Made by a program: the position numbers and the translations under genes | In this document: positions 56,312 to 64,000 of the stretch, piece after piece | Layout of the letters: every line of letters begins with the position of its first letter | Numbering within the stretch: position 1 is the stretch's first letter | Notes under the pieces: model-generated | What the model was told of the DNA's origin: nothing | Databases searched by the model: none | Seen by the model: the letters and a program-made list of their open reading frames with translations, nothing else | Source: Spirochaetales bacterium | GTDB lineage: Bacteria; Spirochaetota; Spirochaetia; JABEVK01 | Length of the DNA stretch: 64,000 nucleotides | NCBI GenBank assembly: GCA_037142615.1 | Contig: JBAXAI010000001.1 | Location: 320,001-384,000, forward strand | Direction of reading: 5' to 3'

Positions 56312-56339
56312 TTGACTTAAATCCCGTCTTGGGTATAAT
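56312..56339 (+). promoter_or_regulatory. Promoter of the TPR-greA operon
   Basis: TTGACT-16-TATAAT. Confidence 0.65.
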
Positions 56340-56354
56340 GAAAAGGAAACCCTG

Positions 56355-57335
56355 ATGAAATCCGTTGCCGAAGATACCATCGCCAGTTCCGGTCAAAACC
56401 CGCTTTCGCGCCTCGACGACATCCTCCGGATTTCGTGCCTCAGCCTCCGATCAGGGAACTTTTCGGAAGCTGAAACAGTGGCTGAACAGGGTTTGGCCTT
56501 GGATTTCGAGGAGCCACGGGTCCTAGCCACGTTGAAGTGTGCAGTATTTTGGAAGGATCGGGCCACGCGTGTTGGCCTGATGACGGTTCCCGAGCAACGC
56601 GCCGACTATTTGTTGCGGGAATTGACAGGGTTTGAACGTCGATTCGTACCTCATCTGGATTGCCTGCTGGAAGAAGGGGTCGATGCAATCCGGCAATTCG
56701 TCTATCAACAGGCTGCCAGGTCCTTTCTCGAGCAGATCCCGTTCGAGGACGAGTCCAGAAAACCAGTGCTCTTGGTTAAGGCTGCCCGGGCCTTCAAGTG
56801 CAATGGTGACTTCGACAAGGCAATCGCCCACTTGGAAGAGGCACTTCAACTCCAAAAAGATGATTCTGCATCCTTGGCTGAGATGGGTGACTGTTTCGAG
56901 ATGACCAACGAGACCCGGAAGGCCAAGCTCTTCTTCCGGGAAGCCTTCTATTTGGGTGCCCAGGCCATTGACTTGGAGTGTTTGCGTTCTGGAATGATCA
57001 CAGAAGTCGTCGCCTCTCTGTCGAGTTGGGGCTACGGTCCCGAGGAACTGAAAGAATGGCTTCCGGTGCATGCCGTTATCAGGGGTGCCTTCAACGTCAA
57101 GCGGGAACTCAAACCCTTGGAACTTGGGCACCTGAAGCAGGCTATCAACACCCTGAAGAACGAAATCCAGCTGAAGTCTCCCCAGCGTTCTTTGCTGGTA
57201 CCACGGTTGATCAACAAGTATTTCTGGCTGATCGACCACTACTTGAGCGTCAAGGAAGAGCGGAACAAGATTGAAGATGTTCTGCTCAATATCAAACTGC
57301 TTGACCCTCAAATCCATGAGCTGTACACCCACTAA
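56355..57335 (+). CDS. Cytoplasmic TPR protein
   Basis: TPR pair (FDKAIAHLEEAL, LAEMGDCF, FREAF); immediately upstream of greA. Confidence 0.82.
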   Translation: MKSVAEDTIASSGQNPLSRLDDILRISCLSLRSGNFSEAETVAEQGLALDFEEPRVLATLKCAVFWKDRATRVGLMTVPEQRADYLLRELTGFERRFVPHLDCLLEEGVDAIRQFVYQQAARSFLEQIPFEDESRKPVLLVKAARAFKCNGDFDKAIAHLEEALQLQKDDSASLAEMGDCFEMTNETRKAKLFFREAFYLGAQAIDLECLRSGMITEVVASLSSWGYGPEELKEWLPVHAVIRGAFNVKRELKPLELGHLKQAINTLKNEIQLKSPQRSLLVPRLINKYFWLIDHYLSVKEERNKIEDVLLNIKLLDPQIHELYTH

Positions 57336-57350
57336 CCCAGGAGAAGAAGG

Positions 57351-60035
57351 ATGTCCGAAGAATTGATCACGAAAATTGAGCAGATGCTGCATGAGGAAAA
57401 GTGGACGCGGACAGCGATCGGCGCTTACACGGTCACCCTCATCAAGGAACTGGACGCTCTCCTGACCCAAGTTGTGGATGCCAGCGCTCAGGAGGCAGTG
57501 CAGGAACTCTGCGAAGCCCACCTTGGAGAATCGAAAAACAGCATCGTCGCCCTCTATTTGTCGGGGATGCTGGCGTTGGAAAGGCAGATGCTGGACGATG
57601 CCCATCTCGTTAAGCTTGTGAACCTTTTCGCCCAGAACCTGAAGTGGCCCTTGGTAGAGCATATCTGCGATCAGATTCTGAAGTACGGCGAGAACAAGTT
57701 TGCTCTGCGCAGCCTGATCGACTGCTACAAGAATGAGAGCAATGAGACCAGCCTCCACGATATTGAAGAACGGCTGATCAAGGTCGATATTGAGGAAGCG
57801 GACATTGTTTTCAGTCTGGCTCAGCGCTTTGAGAAGGAAAAGAATCAGGCAAAGGCCGTGGAATACTACAAGAAAGGTATCCATCGCTTCATTTTCAAAA
57901 AGAACTTCAACCGCATCCGGGAAATCTGGCTCAAGCTGATTGAGTTTTGTCCGGACGAGACTGAGTACTTTGCTCAGGTAGAGCAGAAAGTCGCAAAGCT
58001 ACTGGGAGCCGAGAAGGCCTGCCAACTGCTTGAGGACTTGTATCCACTGTTCCTTCAGAACAAGAAATATGACGACGCCATTCAAGCCCAGTTACGCATC
58101 AGTCTTTACGAGCCAAAATCGCCCCAAGTCCGCCGTGAGATTATCTCGTGCCTCAAGTTGAAGTTTGCCGCCAACTCAAAAACCGAAGAATACCTGAGAC
58201 TTTCGAACATCGGTGACAGTTGGAAGAGCGTGGCCGATGCTCTCGAGGATTTCAAGAAGCAAATGGCCTACGAAAAGGGCAATTTTGTTTACCACAAGGC
58301 TTGGGGTGTTGGTCGCATCCGCGAGGTGCGAGACCAAGACTACCTGATCGACTTTGAAACCCAACGGAACCAGAGTATGGGTCAGAAGATGGCAGTCGAA
58401 GCGCTGACGAGTCTGGAACGGGATGACATCCGCGTTCTGGCCGCGACTACAAAGCGCGAGGAACTTGCCAAGAAGATCAAGACCAACCCGGACTGGGCGC
58501 TCAAGATCTTGATTCGGAGTTTCGGCAACAAGGCCGACATGAAAGTCATCAAGGCTGTACTGGTTCCCAAGGTGCTGGAAGAACGTGAATGGACGACTTG
58601 GAGCACCAACGCCCGTAACCTCATCAAGGAGAGTACGGACTACGCGCTGAGCCCTGACAAACAAGATGAGTTCATGGTGCGAACGCAGCCGATTACCAAA
58701 GAAGAGAAAATCTACAATAAGTTCAAAGCTGAAAAGGACTTCTTCAAACGTGTTGCGGTCCTGGAAGAGTTCCTAGTCCATGGAAACAAGGAATCAGACT
58801 ACTTTGGCGAACTGTTTTCCAGTTTCAGCAGCTACCTGAAATCCAACAAGGTCAATGAAGAAGTTATCGCTTCTTTTCTGCTCATCCAGGAACACTCGAA
58901 GGCCTTTCCCTTCATCAATCCGGGTACCAACCGCACGTTCATCGACTACTTCAACCAGATCGAGGAGCTTGAGCCCCTCTACCGGTCGCTGAACAATGCG
59001 GAACTGCGCGGCATTTTCCTGCATCAGGTCAAGTTAACTGTCCCCAATTGGGATCAGGTGTTTGTAAGGCTGTTTCCTATCACCCCAACCATGAGGATCA
59101 TCGAAAACCTCAAAGGCGCAGGCAAGTCGGATGTGGTGCACAAGTTGTTCGAAGATCTCATGGAAAAGCACAAGGATCTCAAAGAGCCCTTCTTTCATGC
59201 CGCCAAGATGGCCCTCGAAGGCAAGATTCCTTTCGGTGGCCGACTGACTGAGGAAAAGCTTATGATCACGCTTGTCCACGACTTGGACCTCACGTTCCGC
59301 GACATTCAGAACAAGAAAGACGTCACGGAAAACAAAAGGATCAACAAGCTCATCTTGGCGTTCCTCTTCAAGGACAAGGTGCTCGAAAAGTATCTGGAAG
59401 TCGCCGCCGAAGAGTCCGTTCGCCGCCTGTTCTCGCTGATTCAGGACGTACGCGACTTGAATGCGAACCTCAAGCAGGACGTGAAGGCCACCATTGCAGT
59501 CCGGTTTCCGAACTTGGTCGCCGCGGGTGAACCGCTTCCGATGGCAGTGTCCTCCCGCAAGGGCATCATGACCACGCTCAAGATGTTCAACTCGAAGACC
59601 AAGGAACGTCAGAACATCGTCGACATCGAAGTTCCGAAGAATTCCAAGGAAATCGGTGATGCCATGGCCTTGGGCGACCTTAAGGAAAATGCCGAGTACC
59701 ATGCTGCGAAAGAGCGTCAGACCATGCTGAGCGCGACGCTTACAACGCTCAACAAGGAACTCGAATCAGCAACGGTCATCGAACCTTCCGAAGTTGATCT
59801 CAGCAAAGTTTCTTTCGGGACAACGGTGACGCTGGTCAGCAATCTTGATAAGAAAACGGAAACCTACACAATCCTGGGACCCTGGGAGTCGGATCCCGCG
59901 CATAACATTATCTCGTACCTGTCACCATTTGGCGATAAGCTGCTCGGGAGCAAGGTGGGTGAAGCCCTGAAGTTCACGATCAACGAGCGAAAGTGTGACT
60001 ACGTGGTGAAGTCGGTGCTGGCAGCTAAGTTCTAG
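57351..60035 (+). CDS. greA: Long-form transcription elongation factor GreA
   Basis: C-terminal GDLKENAEYHAAKE, VSFGT.V, ISY.SP.G..L; ~700-aa N-terminal extension. Confidence 0.92.
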   Translation: MSEELITKIEQMLHEEKWTRTAIGAYTVTLIKELDALLTQVVDASAQEAVQELCEAHLGESKNSIVALYLSGMLALERQMLDDAHLVKLVNLFAQNLKWPLVEHICDQILKYGENKFALRSLIDCYKNESNETSLHDIEERLIKVDIEEADIVFSLAQRFEKEKNQAKAVEYYKKGIHRFIFKKNFNRIREIWLKLIEFCPDETEYFAQVEQKVAKLLGAEKACQLLEDLYPLFLQNKKYDDAIQAQLRISLYEPKSPQVRREIISCLKLKFAANSKTEEYLRLSNIGDSWKSVADALEDFKKQMAYEKGNFVYHKAWGVGRIREVRDQDYLIDFETQRNQSMGQKMAVEALTSLERDDIRVLAATTKREELAKKIKTNPDWALKILIRSFGNKADMKVIKAVLVPKVLEEREWTTWSTNARNLIKESTDYALSPDKQDEFMVRTQPITKEEKIYNKFKAEKDFFKRVAVLEEFLVHGNKESDYFGELFSSFSSYLKSNKVNEEVIASFLLIQEHSKAFPFINPGTNRTFIDYFNQIEELEPLYRSLNNAELRGIFLHQVKLTVPNWDQVFVRLFPITPTMRIIENLKGAGKSDVVHKLFEDLMEKHKDLKEPFFHAAKMALEGKIPFGGRLTEEKLMITLVHDLDLTFRDIQNKKDVTENKRINKLILAFLFKDKVLEKYLEVAAEESVRRLFSLIQDVRDLNANLKQDVKATIAVRFPNLVAAGEPLPMAVSSRKGIMTTLKMFNSKTKERQNIVDIEVPKNSKEIGDAMALGDLKENAEYHAAKERQTMLSATLTTLNKELESATVIEPSEVDLSKVSFGTTVTLVSNLDKKTETYTILGPWESDPAHNIISYLSPFGDKLLGSKVGEALKFTINERKCDYVVKSVLAAKF

Positions 60036-60040
60036 GTGAC

Positions 60041-60058
60041 GCCGGCCTCCGGGCCGGC
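60041..60058. terminator. GC-rich hairpin between convergent genes (no U-tract)
   Basis: GCCGGCC-TCCG-GGCCGGC. Confidence 0.45.
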
Positions 60059-60077
60059 TAGTTCCTTGTCCAGGCGG

Positions 60078-61397
60078 TCAAGGGGTCGCTGTCCACGTTT
60101 TGAGGATGGCAGTCGCTTGAGCCTTGATGTTCACGTCGGGGTCCTTGACAGAAAGGTTTCGGACCACCGGCTCGTATTCCCGAAAATTGCCCGCGGCTAT
60201 GGCCCTGAGAGCCAGAGAGCGGGATGTCACCGAGTCGTTGAGCAGAAGCACTCCAAAGAGCGTTCGGTAAGAATCGCGGGTGGGAAGCAAGGCTCCGGCG
60301 ATCACCGGGGCCAATGCGCCGTTCTTAGCCTTGTTTTCTTCGTCCAACACCTTCTGAAGGGCTTCGCTTACCCCGGACCACTTTTTGTCGATGGCCTGGT
60401 TGAGCGCTTCTCGCCAAACCGAAAAATCCGTCTTTCGGTCCGACAGGAGGGCCAAGACCGGCGTCGCGCCACCATCGTAAGCAGCTAGGGCCCTCAGGCA
60501 GGCGGTACGAACCCGCGCTTCTGGGTCTTTCTTGACCCGGAAGAGAAGAATTTCCTGGAGTTCGGGAATCTTGAGGGTCGCAGCCGCGTCGGCTCCAGCC
60601 AAGCGCACATTGACCTGGGCGTCACGGAGGGCCTTGGTGAGGTCCGTGGCAAGTTCGAAGTGTCCGGGAAACGAGCCAAGAGTGCCGACTGCTGCGGCCC
60701 TCAGGTCGCTGTTGTCGGAATCCAAAGCCGTTTGAACCAAGTTCCAGGCCCGCGCATCCCCAATTTTGCCCAAAGCAGCCAAGATGGTTCCCTGAAGCAG
60801 GGGCTCGTTGTCACTTTCCTCGTATTCTTTGAGAAGCGGGTCTACCGCGTCCCTGGCCTTCATTTCCCCTAGGGCCCAGATGATATCTGGCTTAAAGTTC
60901 ACGTCGGTCTCTGCATCTTTGTAGATCTTGAGTATTTCGCCGACCCGCCCGGTCGCTTCGATCTTTGCCAACGCACGAATGCTAGCCAGAGCCAAAGTCT
61001 TGTTCTTGTCCGTCATCAACTGGACGAAGACCGCTTCCGAGGCTTTCGACTTGATGCCCGTCAGGTAGGAAACCGCGGTCAGAAGAAAGCTGTTGGACTT
61101 CTTCTCTGGTTGGGAAAGCTCCTTGATGGCATCGTTTTCAAGATGATTGTCCTTGAGGTCGAGGAAATAGCCGAGTAGTAGTTCCTTGAGATCCGTGTTT
61201 CTGGCGGAGCGGAAGATCCCTGCCAATTCGTCCAGAAAGTCCCTGTTCTTTTCCTGCTGGAGGGTTCTGACGAGGTCGATAATTTCGGTTTCGATGCCGA
61301 ACTTGAGCGTCTGCAGTCTCTCTTCTTTCGGGGTCAAATCTGTTGCAAAGAGCGGTACCGCCAACAGAACAGCAAGAAGCATCCGACTACGCTTCAT
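60078..61397 (-). CDS. Secreted HEAT-repeat protein
   Basis: Signal peptide from ATG 61397; repeated ALGEM/ALGKIG/VR.A HEAT units. Confidence 0.85.
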   Translation of the reverse strand: MKRSRMLLAVLLAVPLFATDLTPKEERLQTLKFGIETEIIDLVRTLQQEKNRDFLDELAGIFRSARNTDLKELLLGYFLDLKDNHLENDAIKELSQPEKKSNSFLLTAVSYLTGIKSKASEAVFVQLMTDKNKTLALASIRALAKIEATGRVGEILKIYKDAETDVNFKPDIIWALGEMKARDAVDPLLKEYEESDNEPLLQGTILAALGKIGDARAWNLVQTALDSDNSDLRAAAVGTLGSFPGHFELATDLTKALRDAQVNVRLAGADAAATLKIPELQEILLFRVKKDPEARVRTACLRALAAYDGGATPVLALLSDRKTDFSVWREALNQAIDKKWSGVSEALQKVLDEENKAKNGALAPVIAGALLPTRDSYRTLFGVLLLNDSVTSRSLALRAIAAGNFREYEPVVRNLSVKDPDVNIKAQATAILKTWTATP

Positions 61398-62940
61398 GGG
61401 AAACCTCCGGTGTTTCCAGCCGCGGACGAAAGAGCCGCCACGGCTGGATGCCAACTGCGAGCAGTGACAGAAATACGATTACTAAGGCGGAAAGTCCCTC
61501 GGCGACGAGAAGGCCCGCTGCAGGCCAAGTCAGGCCAGCGACCCACCATTTTCCGGTCGTACCAAGAGCAACAAACCAAGCGAGAGTCACCGGCGTCAAG
61601 GCCAGCGCAACACGCAGCAGGAACCATCCCAACTCACCCAGTCGGCGCCAAGGCAAGGACTTCCAGGCCAAGACCAGCAAAGTCACAGCACCAACCAAGA
61701 AACCCGCGACGCTTCCCGCCGCAAGACCAAGGACGCCCAGCGGGGTCAACATCAAGGTCACTGAAACCAGGACGTCAGTGACGGCCCAGACAATGCTGAC
61801 ACGGAAAGGCGCCCGGAAGTCACCCTTTGCATAAAAGAAACGCTGGAGAAAATTGAAGACTCCAGACAAGAACAAGCCCCACGCCAACCACGAAAGAACG
61901 CGGGCGGCCAGTACGGTATTCTCGTAGGTGAAGGCACCCCGCTGAAGTGCCAAACCGATCAAGGGCTCAGCAAACAGAGAAAGAAGGAGGCCCGCTGGCA
62001 ACAACAGGACCGCCTGGAGTTCGAGGCCCTGGACCATGGTCGCCGATGCGGCATCCCAATCTCGACCTGCCACCTGACGGCTCATCCGAGGGAAGTATAC
62101 GGTGATCACCGAGGCCGACAGCACACCGGCCGGCAACTGCCAGAAGACGATGGCGTTGGCCAGTGACGAGACACTGCCCTCGGGTAAGGTAGTCGCCAGA
62201 GTCATGGATATCTGCTGGTTCAGCAAAGAGATCCCGCTAATCATAAGTGCAGGACCCCATTTACGCAGGGTTTCTCGCATTTCCGGGATCCAGAAACGAA
62301 GCAGGGGTTTCGCAGAGTAACCAAGCCGCCGCAGGGGAAACCACTGAAGCAATACCGGAAGCAGTCCTCCAACAAGCACACCCGGAATCTGGGCATAGAC
62401 ATCCATCGTCGGCGCCCAGAGCAGGAGCGAGGCGATGACGGCAACCGAGAAGAGGATGGGACTGATTGCCGGAATCGCGAACTTCTGGTGAGTGTTTTCA
62501 ACACCCATCATCACCGCGCTCCAACTGACGGGAATGAGAAACACAATGAACCAACGGAACAGATCGATGGCGAGCGCCTGCTTTTCGGATACTCCGCCAA
62601 AGGGCGCCAGCACGGCAATTACCGCAGGAGCAAAAACGATACCGGCGACCACCAGCGGAAGCAGCACAACCAACTGGAGCATGAACAACGCCCGGACCAG
62701 CAGCCGTGCACGCGCCCCGGAAGCGTCAGCCTCAAGACTCCTGGAAAGAACCGGAATGAACGCTGTTGATAAAGCCCCTTCGGCGACCAGTTTTCGCAGG
62801 TTCATGGGGATGGTAAAGACAGCGTTCAGCACATCCGCCTTCCACCCCTGACCAAAGAAGGCACTGACCACAGCGCTTCTGGCAAAGCCAAGCAATCGGC
62901 TGGCAAAGGTGGCAACTCCGACAATGGCCGTATCAGACAC
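61387..62940 (-). CDS. murJ: Lipid II flippase MurJ
   Basis: SRLLGF.R, P.NLRKL.AEGALS.AFIP, QLP.GV, many TMs; start set at GTG 62940. Confidence 0.93.
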   Translation of the reverse strand: MSDTAIVGVATFASRLLGFARSAVVSAFFGQGWKADVLNAVFTIPMNLRKLVAEGALSTAFIPVLSRSLEADASGARARLLVRALFMLQLVVLLPLVVAGIVFAPAVIAVLAPFGGVSEKQALAIDLFRWFIVFLIPVSWSAVMMGVENTHQKFAIPAISPILFSVAVIASLLLWAPTMDVYAQIPGVLVGGLLPVLLQWFPLRRLGYSAKPLLRFWIPEMRETLRKWGPALMISGISLLNQQISMTLATTLPEGSVSSLANAIVFWQLPAGVLSASVITVYFPRMSRQVAGRDWDAASATMVQGLELQAVLLLPAGLLLSLFAEPLIGLALQRGAFTYENTVLAARVLSWLAWGLFLSGVFNFLQRFFYAKGDFRAPFRVSIVWAVTDVLVSVTLMLTPLGVLGLAAGSVAGFLVGAVTLLVLAWKSLPWRRLGELGWFLLRVALALTPVTLAWFVALGTTGKWWVAGLTWPAAGLLVAEGLSALVIVFLSLLAVGIQPWRLFRPRLETPEVSHEA

Positions 62941-64000
62941 GGGCGGCCTTCCTGCCAAAACGGTCAAGAAACTGAACTTGAAAGGCCAAAAAACGGTCTT
63001 CTCGAATTGCCGCCCGGATTTGCCCCAAGAAGTCATGGAGAAACTGAAGATTGTGTTCCGTGGCCAACATGGGTCCGAACATCTCATTGCACTTGAACAT
63101 CTGTCGCAAATAGGCCCTGGAATAGCGCTGGCAGGCGCTACAGGGACAGTCCGTTTGAATCGGGGAAAAATCTTTCTCGAACCGGGCCTTCTTCAGGTCG
63201 ATGACTCCGTCCGGGGTGAACACTGAACCGTTTCGTGCGATTCGGGTGGGGTACACGCAGTCGAAAAGGTCAATACCATGCTCAACGGCCTTCAGAATGT
63301 AGTCGGGTGTCCCGATGCCCATCACATAGCGAGGCTTTTCGATAGGCAATAAGGGAGAAAGGACGGCGAGCATGGCCTCATAGACCCCAAACTCCTCGCC
63401 GACCGAAAGGCCACCGATTGCCAGGCCCGGAGTGTCCAGTTCGAGGATCTCGTGGGCACTTTGCCTCCTGAGATCGTCAAAGAACTGACCCTGGATGATT
63501 CCGAACAGGCGGCCATCGTACGATTGTGCCCTTTGCTTCCAGCGCTCGACGCTTTTGCGCGCCCAACGCGTGGTGGTTTTCAAGGCCTCTTCGGCCTGAC
63601 GTCGGGTCGATTCGGGCCCGGTGCAAACATCGAGCGGCATCAAGATGTCGCTGCCGAACCCTTCTTGGAGTTCCACGACTGCTTCGGGAGTCAAGACATG
63701 GTAGCTGCCATCGATGTGGGAACGAAACTTCACTCCGTCCTCGAGGATCTTTCGGAACGGTGCGAGCGAAAAAACCTGGTAGCCGCCAGAGTCGGTCAGG
63801 ATGTTGTGCCCCCACCCGCTGAACCGATGCAACCCGCCGGCCGCGCGAATCACGTCGATACCGGGCCTCAAATAGAGATGATAGGTATTGGCAAGGATCA
63901 GCCGGGTTCCCATGGCCTCAACCTTGGCATGCTCTATGGCCTTTACGCTGGCGTTTGTACCTACCGGCATGAAAGAAGGAAGCTCAACGGTTCCATGAGG
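62933..64000 (-). CDS. tgt: Queuine tRNA-ribosyltransferase (5' end outside the window)
   Basis: FMPVGT, LANTYHL, TDSGGYQVFSL, GGLSVGE, D.FDCV.PTR, C.C..C zinc site. Confidence 0.97.
   Translation of the reverse strand, partial: PHGTVELPSFMPVGTNASVKAIEHAKVEAMGTRLILANTYHLYLRPGIDVIRAAGGLHRFSGWGHNILTDSGGYQVFSLAPFRKILEDGVKFRSHIDGSYHVLTPEAVVELQEGFGSDILMPLDVCTGPESTRRQAEEALKTTTRWARKSVERWKQRAQSYDGRLFGIIQGQFFDDLRRQSAHEILELDTPGLAIGGLSVGEEFGVYEAMLAVLSPLLPIEKPRYVMGIGTPDYILKAVEHGIDLFDCVYPTRIARNGSVFTPDGVIDLKKARFEKDFSPIQTDCPCSACQRYSRAYLRQMFKCNEMFGPMLATEHNLQFLHDFLGQIRAAIREDRFLAFQVQFLDRFGRKAARV

Noticed and set aside
56523-57884. 453-aa minus ORF
   Set aside because: Antisense to the TPR and greA genes, with no recognisable motifs.

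Overview
A gene-dense, roughly mid-to-high GC core-chromosome segment from a spirochaete. The taxon is inferred from the Cmk-S1 fusion, the ~900-aa GreA, the short SMC, the PUR/DUF3276 protein and the mltG-dnaG-rpoD order. It carries about 66 protein genes: housekeeping operons (ffh-rpsP-khpA-rimM-trmD-rplS; rpmF-acpP-rnc; mltG-dnaG-rpoD; mreBCD-mrdA-rodA; recA-folK-scpAB-rluB-cmk/rpsA; tgt-murJ) and many envelope TPR, HEAT and lipoproteins. It also has tRNA-Thr(UGU), tRNA-Tyr(GUA) and RNase P RNA. No IS, prophage or CRISPR array was seen. Main observations: (1) a 28-bp dif-like Xer site (40688-40715) where gene orientation flips from + to -, so this may be the replication terminus; (2) a recurring TTGACN-17/18-TAnnnT-6/7nt-ATG architecture implying leaderless mRNAs; (3) a JAB-DinG fusion that probably starts at CTG; (4) a degenerate HD-GYP protein and a FlgM-like microprotein in a FlhB-switch cluster; (5) a 57-aa ORF missing from the ORF track, coupled to mltG; (6) a GAF/sigma54-activator plus CHASE2-cyclase module. 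All calls were made by eye from motifs; no database searches were run.
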